Below are positions 11,623 to 21,154 of a stretch of DNA of 38,351 nucleotides, one piece after another. Position 1 is the stretch's first letter, and the number at the start of each line of letters is the position of its first letter. This stretch comes from Macrostomum lignano (Eukaryota). Both the position numbers and the translations under genes were made by a program. Under the pieces are notes generated by a model. That model had not been told where the DNA came from and searched no databases. It saw only the letters and a list, made by a program, of their open reading frames with translations. The stretch lies in the NCBI GenBank assembly GCA_002269645.1, contig NIVC01004678.1:1-38351 (forward strand), written 5' to 3'.

Positions 11623-14600
11623 CACTCGTCTGGACCGCTGAATCGTCTAGCTGAAATGCGGGCCAGACTGCGCGAACTTGAAGACGAGCTTCAACGGATT
11701 GGCACTCTGGACAGAGACGACCGGCTCAAGCTGGACTATCTGCGCGTTGAGGTGCCCTTCCAGGAGCGAGTGCTGGCCGAGGAGCAGGGCTACGAAGAGG
11801 ACAGATCGAGCGAGGATAGCGCTGCTGTGAGTTGCCCAGCCTGTTGAACTGTGCAGGCTTGTGCAGCGCCATTTGATTATTACCTGTAGAAGCCAAATAG
11901 GCTGATTTATCTCTCTGAGAAGTTCTGCAGTTCCTAGGTTGTTATTAAAACTGTCTATATCATCACTCTTGTCTTTTCTGCTCTCCCTACGCCTCTTCAC
12001 ACTCCTCTCTACACCTTTTCCCCCTCTCCTCTACACCCTCTCCTCTCCTCTCTATACTCTCCCCTCTCCTCTCTACTCTCCCCTCTCCTCTCTACTCTCT
12101 CCTCTCCTCTCTACACTCTCCTCTCCTCTCTACACTCTCTCCTCCTCTCCTCTACACTCTCCCCCTCTCCTCTCTACACTCTCCTCCTCTCTTCTCTACA
12201 CTCTCTCCTCTTCTCCTCTCTACACTCTCCCCCTCTCCTCTCTACACTCTCCCCCTCTCCTCTCTACACTCTCCTCCTCTCCTCTACACTCTCCTCTCCT
12301 CTCTACACTCTCTCCTCCTCTCCTCTACACTCTCCCCCTCTCCTCTCTACACTCTCCTCCTCTCTTCTCTACACTCTCTCCTCTTCTCCTCTCTACACTC
12401 TCCCCCTCTCCTCTCTACACTCTCCCCCTCTCCTCTACACTCTCCCCCTCTCCTCTCTACACTCTCCCCCTCTCCTCTCTACTCTCTCCTCTCCTCTCTA
12501 CACTCTCCTCTCCTCTCTACACTCTCCTCCTCTCCTCTACACTCTCCCCTCTCCTCTCTACACTCTCCCCCTCTCCTCTCTACTCTCTCCTCTCTTCTCT
12601 ACACTCTCCTCTCCTCTCTACACTCTCCTCTCTTCTCTACACTCTCCTCTCCTCTCTACACTCTCCTCTCCTCTCTACACTCTCCTCTCCTCTCTACACT
12701 CTCCCCCTCTCCTCTCTACACTCTCCTCCTCTCCTCTACACTCTCCTCTCCTCTCTACACTCTCTCCTCCTCTCCTCTACACTCTCCCCCTCTCCTCTCT
12801 ACACTCTCCTCCTCTCTTCTCTACACTCTCTCCTCTTCTCCTCTCTACACTCTCCCCCTCTCCTCTCTACACTCTCCCCTCTCCTCTCTACACTCTCCTC
12901 CTCTCCTCTACACTCTCCCCCTCTCCTCTCTACACTCTCCCCCTCTCCTCTCTACTCTCTCCTCTCCTCTCTACACTCTCCTCTCCTCTCTACACTCTCC
13001 TCCTCTCCTCTACACTCTCCCCCTCTCCTCTCTACACTCTCCCCCTCTCCTCTCTACTCTCTCCTCTCTTCTCTACACTCTCCTCTCCTCTCTACACTCT
13101 CCTCTCTTCTCTACACTCTCCTCTCCTCTCTACACTCTCCTCTCCTCTCTACACTCTCCTCCTCTCCTCTCTACACTCTCAGCCTCTCCCTCTACACTCT
13201 CAGCCTCTCCTCTCTACACTCTCAGCCTCTCCTCTCTACACTCTCAGCCTCTCCTCTCTACACTCTCTCTCTGCACCTTCCTCTTTCCATTCTACACCCT
13301 CCTCTGTACCTTCTTCCCCCTCTTTACCTTTCTCTATCCCTGTCCCTCCATCTCAACTAGTCCTACATAAACACGGCCTTCATAATCTTACAATCTAAAA
13401 TATTTTTTTCGATACATATCGCCATCGTTTTTCTTAACCTACCCAACAGATCCGAGCGATGCGCCTTCGTGAAGTTCGCGAAACAGTGGAAAGAAACGCC
13501 GCCCGTCGTGAAGCCCAAGAAGAGGCCGAACGGCGCCAGCGCGCTGCCGAGGCCGCCCAGCGCCAGCGCGAATCACTCGAACTGTACGAGCGCGAACGAC
13601 AAGTAGAGAAGCAGCGCGAGGAGGCGCGCCAAGCCGAAAGAATGCGCCAACACGAGGAGTGGCTTCGCGATCAGCAGCGCCGCAGCGGCCTCGGCAGATA
13701 CAGCGGCGCCGCCGATGACGATGACGATGAATCGACCTCGTCGTCTTCATCGTCCGAGGATGGGGAGGAAGACCAGGCCCAGGCCAGTCGCGAGCGGGAG
13801 CGTCAAAGAACTCTCGAGCGGGAGCGTCGGCAGCAGGAGGAGGCGGAGCTTAAACGGAAATTGCAGCAGCAGCAACTGCAGCAGGTTGGGCTGAGGCACT
13901 GTCGGTTCAGGCTGTGAGATTGTAGGTTCAGGCTGTGAGATTGTAGGTTCAGGCTGTGAGATTGTCTGTTCAGGCTGTGAGATTGTAGGTTCAGGCTGTG
14001 AGATTGTAGGTTCCGGCTGTGAGACTGTAGATTCAGGCTGTGAGATTGTAGGTTCAGGCTGTGAGATTGTCTGTTCAGGCTGTGAGACTGTAGGTTCAGG
14101 CTGTGAGACTGTAGGTTCAGGCTGTGAGATTGTAGGTTCAGGCTGTGAGATTGTAGGTTCAGGCTGTGAGATTGTCGGTTCAGGCTGTGAGATTGTAGGT
14201 TCAGGCTGTGAGATTGTAGGTTCAGGCTGTGAGACTGTAGGTTCAGGCTGTGAGATTGTAGGTTCAGGCTGTGAGACTGTTCAGGCTGTGAGACTGTAGG
14301 TTCAGGCTGTGAGACTGTAGGTTCAGGCTGTGAGATTGTAGGTTCAGGCTGTGAGATTGTCGGTTCAGCCCTTCAGACTGTAGGTTCAGCCCTTCAGACT
14401 GTAGGTTCAGCCTTCAGACTGTAGATTCAGCCCTTCAGACTGTAGGTTCAGCCCTTCAGACTGTAGATTCAGCCCTTCAGGCTAGAGTTTTCCAGGCTGT
14501 TGAGTTCAAGAGCATTCAAGTTGTGACATCAAGGTTCACAATTGTTCTCAAATGTAATTTCAGGAAGAATCTGAACGCCGTCGCAAGCAAGACGAATCGG

Positions 14601-17014
14601 AGCGTCTACTTAGACAAGTAGTAAGTTGACGAATTCCCATTTTTAAACTAGATTTGAATACAGGCTGCAGAAACTTTATTTGTCGTCTGTGAACTTTCTA
14701 CAGGAGGAAGACCAAAGGCGAAAGCAGGCAGAACGAGAGGCTTCGGAACGCGAAAAAATGCAAAGAGTGAGCGCTCGCTAATTTGCATATAGTGACGAAA
14801 AAAGGAACTGAAATGTTTTATGCGCTTCTAGTTAGCAGTTTGTGTTTAATTAATTTGCTAATTCTAATAAAGTTGTTAAAATCCTTTATTGGTAAGGATT
14901 TCACTTTCTTAGTAGTAGTGAAACAGAGAAAGCTTTGTTTATTTAAGGTGTAAATTCCAGGCTAAACTTTTGTGACTAACTGTTTTCTATTATACGAGTA
15001 CTTACTTTACTATTTAAAGTAAGCCTGGAAGCAAAAAGCTCTTGACCAAAACCGCTCTTGACCAAAACCGCTCTTGACCAAAACAACTCCTGACCAAAAC
15101 CACTCCTGACCAAACCCACTCCTGACCAAAACTACTAACCAAAGCCACTCCTGACCAAAACTACTGACCAAAACTACTCCTGACCAAAACCGCTCCTGAT
15201 CAAAACTACTCCTGACCAAAACCGCTCCTGACCAAAACTACTCCTGACCAAAACTACTCCTGACCAAAACCGCTCCTGACCAAAACTACTCCTGACCAAA
15301 ACCACTCCTGACCAAACCACTCCTGACCAAAACTACTCCTGACCAAACCCACTCCTGACCAAAACTACTCCTGACCAAACCCACTCCTGACCAAAACCAC
15401 TCCTGACCAAAACCACTCCTGACCAAAACTACTCCTGACCAAAACCACTCCTGACCAAAACTACTCCTGACCAAACCCACTCCTGACCAAAACCACTCCT
15501 GACCAAACCCACTCCTGACCAAAACTACTCCTGACCAAACCCACTCCTGACCAAACCCACTCCTGACCAAAACTGTCATTAAAAAACCGCTCAGGAAGCC
15601 GCCGCGGAGCGCCGCCGTCAGGAGGACGCCGAGTTGGCCGCGGCCGCCGCCGAAACGGAGCGTCGCCGCCTTCTAGCCGAGGCCGAGGAGGAAGAGCGGC
15701 TTCGTCGCCAGATGGAAGAGGAATGGCGCCGCAAAGATGAAGAACGAATGCGCCGATTTCGCGAACTCGAAGCCCAGCAACAACAGTTGGAGCAGTCTCG
15801 AAAGCGCCAGTCCGAGGATCAGGAGGAGCTGGAAAGACAGGCCCGACTGCGTCAGATACTGCAGGTATTCCCGCCGTTTCAGAATTGGAAAAGTCATGAC
15901 CTTAAATGTTATTTTTGTGAAATGTGTGCCACCCCCAGCCCCAGGGGGGGGGGGGGGTAGGGGGCATAGCCTAATGGTCTACCCGTTAAAAAAGATACCG
16001 TAACAAGCACGACAAGCATCACAAGCGCATCCTGTGAGTTGTAGAATCGTAAAATAGTCGCGAAAAAAGCCGTCCAAGAATCGTTGTGTCTGCGCTTGAC
16101 TTTCTACTAGCTCAGTAGGCTAGTCAGCGCACTTGCTTTAAACACAACAACGATTCTAGCACGCCTCAGATACGACTCTACGACCCCAGATTCGAATTGA
16201 TTCTTGGGGGACTCTTTTGTCAACTTTTCGGCAACTTTTACCTTCACATCACTCAATGACTCAACAACTCAACGACTTCTTGGCCTCTGATATGCAATAT
16301 TGGAATCTCGGCTTGGCTCTTCTCGTGCTATTAACGCCTTTGAATTGTACATGCCTGACGATAAATAAAGTAGGGTCGCTGTACACTCCTGTGTGAGTGT
16401 GTGCCTGCTCAGGGGGGTCGGCGAAATGGGCAGCAATGCCTCTCGCCGGTTGAGCGACAAGGTCGCTTAAAGTGCACCGTTAACCCTTCTTGCAGGCTCG
16501 CGGCTCTACAGCTGGCGGAGTGACTGCCGCCCCGCCACCGCCGCCGTCCTCCACTATCCCTAAAAAGTCGGTCAGCTTCGATAAAAATCTGAATAATAGC
16601 GGCACCACAGCGTCGGAGCATAATCACGAAGACATTGTTCGAGTACAGCGGCCATCAGTAATGCCGCCGCCTCCGCCGCCGGTGAAGCCGAAGCCGAAGC
16701 CCACTAATTCGTCTTCTCGGCCGACTAGCGGCTATTTCGACTACTCGGCACCTCAGCAGCAGCCGCCGCAGTCTGTGACAGTAATCGGCGCCCAGGAGGT
16801 CTATCGGGATCCGCTGTTGCGCGGCGCCAATCGTCAACAACGTCGCGACGTTGACGGCGACGCCGGGGTAGAGCGGTTGAGTTTTCACGACAAAATGCGC
16901 CGATTCGCTGGCGGCGACGAGTCCAATATTATCCAGTATAGCGAGCGCAGCAAGGCTAGCAGCGCCCAGCGGATGTTCGACCGGCCCGATGACTACGACG
17001 AGGAGGGCAATTAA
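77..17014 (+). CDS. AFDN: Afadin/canoe (AF-6) orthologue, spliced gene model: join(77..493 [frameshifted],1912..2136,2812..3126,3585..4266,4758..5290,6125..6429,7791..8262,8570..8875,9642..10834,11496..11826,13450..13884,14564..14620,14704..14766,15595..15864,16496..17014), about 2040 aa
   Basis: Exon translations match afadin motifs in order: NRLDLFEIS..MRFYFQ..KCLRVSSTATT (RA1), FTRTISNPELVM, LKVYGDALKPDIPYK (RA2), LPYLVEL (FHA), FWLANASE and VNAALTIQLFSQLFHY (DIL), LGLSIV..YVKAVIPGGAADRDGRIETGDQLLAVNG (PDZ), VIGAQEVYRDP and ERLSFHDKMRRF (C-terminus). All junctions are GT..AG with matching phases; exons 2-15 sum to 5706 nt (divisible by 3) and end in TAA. Confidence 0.93.
556..1630. repeat. 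Minisatellite, 24-bp unit (CTCCTGACACCCAGCTTGAGACTT) with shorter variants, afadin intron 1
   Basis: Direct tandem periodicity; source of the spurious TQLETSPD and LLTPSLR ORFs. Confidence 0.95.
1912..2136 (+). CDS. AFDN: Afadin exon 2 (inter-RA linker)
   Basis: Acceptor aaacag|ATG, donor CAG|GTGATG; KKRLSKREKKKKE and FTRTISNPELVMARRRKQKLEK; 225 nt, phase 0/0. Confidence 0.9.
2205..2700. repeat. Minisatellite, 34-bp unit (GAGATTTTGATACTGTAAGCCATAATGAGGCTAT), afadin intron 2
   Basis: TGTAAGCC recurs at 2551, 2585, 2619 and 2653. Confidence 0.93.
2812..3126 (+). CDS. AFDN: Afadin exon 3 (RA2 domain)
   Basis: ccacag|GCC to TTTCAG|gttagt; TLKVYGDALKPDIPYKALLLTT..EMLEKY; 315 nt. Confidence 0.9.
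3180..3565. repeat. Degenerate tandem repeat with TTTCCAAGAATCG core, afadin intron 3
   Basis: Core recurs more than 10 times with variable spacers. Confidence 0.8.
3585..4266 (+). CDS. AFDN: Afadin exon 4 (polyQ linker and FHA domain)
   Basis: ttccag|GTC to GCAG|gtgtgt (phase 1); LPYLVELNADG..VQPVHCLI..VWINNQRV..LRSGVSVRFGRDLLLRFIDP. Confidence 0.88.
4288..4712. repeat. Minisatellite, about 21-bp unit (GGGATTTAGATTTGGGATCTG) ending in 14-bp GGGATTTCAGATTC units, afadin intron 4
   Basis: Direct tandem periodicity. Confidence 0.92.
4758..5290 (+). CDS. AFDN: Afadin exon 5 (pre-DIL/DIL)
   Basis: cttcag|CC (phase 1 matches exon 4) to CGG|gtaaat; FRLAPAYALYL, LVFWLANASEHLHFVKRD. Confidence 0.88.
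5305..6095. repeat. Minisatellite, about 44-bp unit (CTAAGAAATCCCAATTTCGAGTCCTTAATCCCAAAGATCCCTAT), afadin intron 5
   Basis: CTAAGAAATC at 5401 and 5445, continuing. Confidence 0.93.
6125..6429 (+). CDS. AFDN: Afadin exon 6 (DIL domain)
   Basis: ttccag|TCG to AG|gtgaga (phase 2); LRRCRVNAALTIQLFSQLFHYVN..WAERQGLELAAECHL. Confidence 0.92.
6478..7590. repeat. Minisatellite, 24-bp unit (GAAGCATTCCTGAGAATCATTCCT; 11+13 subunits), afadin intron 6
   Basis: Direct periodicity; source of the MILRNASG ORFs. Confidence 0.95.
7791..8262 (+). CDS. AFDN: Afadin exon 7 (DIL C-terminal part)
   Basis: atacag|A (phase 2) to CAG|gtaatg; RSVQACHLLLCDK..LNSIQ..LEEPDLNLPLLLPDDGYTCD..PNGLEEFLTPL. Confidence 0.9.
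8281..8530. repeat. Minisatellite, 33-bp unit (GTGGTCCTCAGATTGAATTCATAATTAGTGACT), afadin intron 7
   Basis: GTGGTCC at 8351 and 8384, continuing. Confidence 0.93.
8570..8875 (+). CDS. AFDN: Afadin exon 8 (PDZ domain, main part)
   Basis: ttacag|GTG to CAG|gtgtgt; NSLGLSIV..GTYVKAVIPGGAADRDGRIETGDQLLAVNGLSLVGLSQREAA. Confidence 0.92.
8898..9505. repeat. Compound tetranucleotide microsatellite (GTTA/GTTT/GTCA)n, afadin intron 8
   Basis: About 600 bp of mixed 4-mers. Confidence 0.96.
9642..10834 (+). CDS. AFDN: Afadin exon 9 (PDZ end and long Q/P-rich region)
   Basis: tctcag|CGC to CG|gtgagg (phase 2); RTGQSVGLTVAKRADRFHGLAEILRQPSP matches the afadin PDZ C-terminus. Confidence 0.88.
10880..11472. 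repeat. Minisatellite, 45-bp unit (GATTCTCATGGTGAGATTTTGGTGAGATTCGGGTGAAATATGGAT), afadin intron 9
   Basis: GATTCTCATGG at 11166, 11211 and 11256. Confidence 0.92.
11496..11826 (+). CDS. AFDN: Afadin exon 10
   Basis: attcag|C (phase 2 matches) to GCT|gtgagt; EMRARLRELE..DRLKLDYLRVEVPFQERV. Confidence 0.82.
11995..13355. repeat. CT-rich tandem repeat (TCCTCTCCTCTCTACACTC-like), afadin intron 10
   Basis: Variable units of about 19-24 bp; near-pure pyrimidine + strand. Confidence 0.96.
13450..13884 (+). CDS. AFDN: Afadin exon 11 (charged coiled coil)
   Basis: caacag|ATC to CAG|gttggg; E/R/Q-rich open frame, phase 0/0. Confidence 0.82.
13898..14482. repeat. Minisatellite, 21-bp unit (GGTTCAGGCTGTGAGATTGTA changing to GGTTCAGCCCTTCAGACTGTA), afadin intron 11
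   Basis: TGTAGG at 13921 and 13942; variant block from about 14365. Confidence 0.95.
14564..14620 (+). CDS. AFDN: Afadin exon 12 (57 nt, EESERRRKQDESERLLRQV)
   Basis: tttcag|GAA to GTA|gtaagt; open, charged, phase 0/0; below the ORF-track length cutoff. Confidence 0.75.
14704..14766 (+). CDS. AFDN: Afadin exon 13 (63 nt, EEDQRRKQAEREASEREKMQR)
   Basis: ctacag|GAG to AGA|gtgagc; phase 0/0. Confidence 0.75.
15040..15573. repeat. Minisatellite, 16-bp unit (CTCCTGACCAAAACCA), afadin intron 13
   Basis: CTGACC at 15371, 15387 and 15403. Confidence 0.95.
15595..15864 (+). CDS. AFDN: Afadin exon 14 (charged coiled coil)
   Basis: gctcag|GAA to CAG|gtattc; 270 nt, E/R-rich. Confidence 0.82.
16496..17014 (+). 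CDS. AFDN: Afadin exon 15 (C-terminal, actin-binding-type region)
   Basis: ttgcag|GCT to TAA; KKSVSFD, VIGAQEVYRDP and ERLSFHDKMRRF motifs of canoe-type C-termini. Confidence 0.88.
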   Translation, partial: ARGSTAGGVTAAPPPPPSSTIPKKSVSFDKNLNNSGTTASEHNHEDIVRVQRPSVMPPPPPPVKPKPKPTNSSSRPTSGYFDYSAPQQQPPQSVTVIGAQEVYRDPLLRGANRQQRRDVDGDAGVERLSFHDKMRRFAGGDESNIIQYSERSKASSAQRMFDRPDDYDEEGN

Positions 17015-17154
17015 ACTTTAGGTTTATTATTAGTAATGGAAATTCATTTTTAATTCGATTCCGCATATTCATCAAGTTTAAAACAAAGCGCCCGAGAAAT
17101 GTTATAAGGGTTATCTGAAAGTTATAGATTTTATGGGAAGAATAATCGATTTTT

Positions 17155-17890
17155 TTACCGGTAAAAGTTATCGTTTTTCATTTTATCGGTAAAACTATCG
17201 ATTTTCATTTTATCGGTAAAATAATCGATTTTCATTTTATCGTTAAAATTATCGATTTTCATTTTATCGTTAAAATTATCGATTTTCATTTTATCGGTAA
17301 AACTATCGATTTTGATTTTATAGGTAAAATTATCGATTTTCATTTTATCGTTAAAATTATCGATTTTCATTTTATCGGTAAAACTATCGATTTTGATTTT
17401 ATCGGTAAAATAATCGATTTTCATTTTATCGTTAAAATTATCGATTTTCATTTTATCGGTAAAACTATCGATTTTGATTTTATCGGTAAAATTATCGATT
17501 TTCATTTTATCGGTAAAACTATCGATTTTGATTTTATCGGTAAAATTATCGATTTTCATTTTATCGTTAAAATTATCGATTTTCATTTTATCGGTAAAAC
17601 TATCGATTTTGATTTTATCGGTAAAATTATCGATTTTCATTTTATCGGTAAAACTATCGATTTTCATTTTATCGGTAAAATAATCGATTTTCATTTTATC
17701 GTTAAAATTATCGATTTTCATTTTATCGGTAAAACTATCGATTTTGATTTTATAGGTAAAATAATCTATTTTCATTTTGCCAGTGACATTATCGATTTAG
17801 TTTTATCAAATGAAAATGATCGATTTTATCGATTCTTGGATCATTACAGTGCCATCGATTTTTATTTTGTCGGTAAAATTATCGATTTCA
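17155..17890. repeat. Minisatellite, 27-bp unit (TTTTATCGGTAAAACTATCGATTTTCA), downstream of the afadin stop
   Basis: Period 27 (17181, 17208); source of the KMKIDNFTD ORF. Confidence 0.95.
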
Positions 17891-19962
17891 TAATTGGTAG
17901 TTTCATATTTAGCGTGAATATAATGCAAAATAATAATTCTCAAAATAGCCGCTGATTTAACGATATATTTTATTAATTTATCTGCGAGAAAGTTTTGAAC
18001 TCTAAAGTCCAGATTCCAGAAGCAACACACTTCCACATACGGTAGTCGGACTTTTTCACTTAATCATAATTTGATCACCTCGCTGTTGCTGCTTTTCGCA
18101 GTTTGTTTTTAAATAATTAATGAAACTTTTCGTTGAGGAAAAATCATCAACTGCACTTTTAAATATAGCCTAAGACTACTCATTCCGTGCGTTTCTAAGA
18201 ATAGTTATGTAGTCTTTAGCCCCGTATCTGGCTATTTTTATTATTATTTTTAAAAAGTACTTCACTACTCTGGCAGTAGTATGTTCATTGTGTCAAGTGT
18301 AATATTATCTAATTTTTACAGTGTTTTTTTTCAATCCAACATTTTGATCATTAAGTGCTAATTAGTGAAATTTGTTAATAAAAAGGCTGTGTATTTTACG
18401 ACAAAATCGTATCTATTCCACACGCGTTATTTTCTATTGCCCGTCAATTAGTTCAGCCTTCAATACAATAATATTCATAAATATTTTAATAGTTATGTTT
18501 GCAATCACTTTTTATATTATTATTATTTTACTGACCGTCATTGCCACAAACTCTGTTTTTTCTGTCTCTGTTGCTCAATTCGCCTGGAAATTGCACGGAT
18601 AAACATGCACTCCGCATATACTACTTACGATTACCAATTTGTCAGCTTTGTGTAGAACTAATTTTCGCTTTATTTAAAATGCTGTTTTCTGGTTTTGATT
18701 TTCGATAACACAACTATGGCACAAACAACAAAGATCGTCTGATTTTTGAGTCTTTGTCCTGCTGTTAAACTGTATTTTAAATTTAGTTATTGAAAAATTG
18801 CTTATTTTGTACATGTGTTTTATAGTTTTCTGTCCTTTGTGTGTTTTCGCATAAAATAACCCAGTATTTTCTTTATAAATAACCATATTATTAAAATATA
18901 TAGCAGTACTATAAAGCTTGTTTCCAGTTGTGCACCTCCAAGCACTGCTGCCGCTAACGGGACCACGTATTGCATTGAACAATGTGACCTTACATGTAAT
19001 CCCTTCACCCTGTACCTGATTCTCACGCTCTTAAAAAACTCTTTTATATGCATAGAAATTGCTTACTCTAACCAATAATGATCATTAATAAATAATACTA
19101 GAACCCGCATATACTACTTGCGCTTCGCATAAAAACCACTAGCGTATTATTAAAAACGGTTGGCCTATTTAAGAGGCAAATCGTTCAATTACTGGGTGAT
19201 AATTTTCTTAGTAGCTTATCTATTAGCGTATAATGGCTGCACAATTTAACCTGTGTAAAATTTTATTGCTTAATTATTTACGCGCACAATGATTAACTCG
19301 AAATTGTTCCAATTAACTGTTTGTTCAATCGTTCGCTTTGCTGGGCGATTAAAATATAAAAATTTCTCTACTGCCTGGCCGTATTTATAGCGTCGCCATA
19401 ATTTTTGTTTCTGATTTTGTCTTAGTAGCTTATCGTGTACAGAGCAGGCCATTGTGAACCTCGTTTAACGATTAATTGGTAAAGCATCGCTTTGCTTACT
19501 ACTTTATTTATTTTAAATTTAATTGCAACGGGAAGTAGTACGTATAGTAGTGAGTAGTAGTGAAAAGAAAATTTATTTAAAAGGCTGGTAATCTGATAGC
19601 AAATTCTAAATTATAAGTCGTAATGTAACACATTACAAAATTATACTTAAAGTACAATAGAATCCGGGACTACTACTAATTATAGTGTCCTTTATATATA
19701 GCGAGTGGTCTTATAATTTGAGTAGAACTGGAAGTAAAACTAGGCCGATGAGCCCGTAAAGCATCTTAGTTTCGTAGTGGAAAACTAGTAGTACATGTAC
19801 ACACCCGGAGTCCACTTATGCTTGTGGTTTTATAATCTCTTTTACACTGGATATAATTAGCTAGGCGATTGTTTTTACCAGAGTTGTGATATGATATGAG
19901 TTGCCACTGAACGCAATATCTATTCCTGTCATTCTAGCGCTGTATGTTAAATTTACCACGAA

Positions 19963-20654
<692 letters not shown>

Positions 20655-21129
20655 CAATATCTATTCCTGTCATTCTAGCGCTGTATGTTAAATTTACCAC
20701 GAAACACTACAGCGAATTTCACTGGGGCTAGAGGGGGCAGCTAAGGCTAAGCCCAACTTTTCCATTGGTCATTTGTTACCGCAAAACTTTTTTGCTATTG
20801 GGGAAGCCAAAGAAACAGTACTAATTCGCTTTTAATATAGTTTTATAAAAATAATAACTTAACATTACTTTTTAGGACATATAAAATTTATTGAAACGAT
20901 TTGTAAACGAATATTGTTAGGAATAGCTTTTGTTGTTGTTGTTATACTGAAAGAAGCAAAATTTTTAAATTATATTGTTGTCAGTATTTTGTTCGTTTGA
21001 TTTCGTTTAAGTCGTAATCATTATTATGCTAATAGACTGAACCTGCTATGCCCAAATACCTACTTATTAACACTATGTGTTGAGATATTTTAGTCAAATC
21101 GCTTATAACAATTATTAACTAAAAAAATC

Positions 21130-21154
21130 ATGGCAGCTAATCGAAAGTTGTTAG
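21130..21154 (+). CDS. CNOT3: CNOT3 exon 1 (25 nt, MAANRKLL plus phase-1 G)
   Basis: aaaatcATGGCAGCTAATCGAAAGTTGTTAG|gtgagt resembles the MADKRKLQG N-terminus of CNOT3; strong donor. Confidence 0.8.

Noticed and set aside
11939-13360. 473-aa L/S/P-rich ORF
   Set aside because: A G-free sequence can hardly contain stop codons (TAG and TGA are impossible), so this is a repeat artefact inside afadin intron 10.
15940-15965. G14 run with flanking G/C tracts in afadin intron 14
   Set aside because: An isolated homopolymer with no TIR/TSD partner found; its length is unreliable.
17155-17775. 206-aa minus-strand KMKIDNFTD repeat ORF
   Set aside because: A 27-bp unit divisible by 3 without a stop; no unique coding sequence or splice context.
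19095-19130. Possible Helitron 3' end on the minus strand (GCGAAGCGC..GCGGGTTCTAG-T)
   Set aside because: The hairpin is only about 4 bp and no matching 5' TC end or second copy could be identified.
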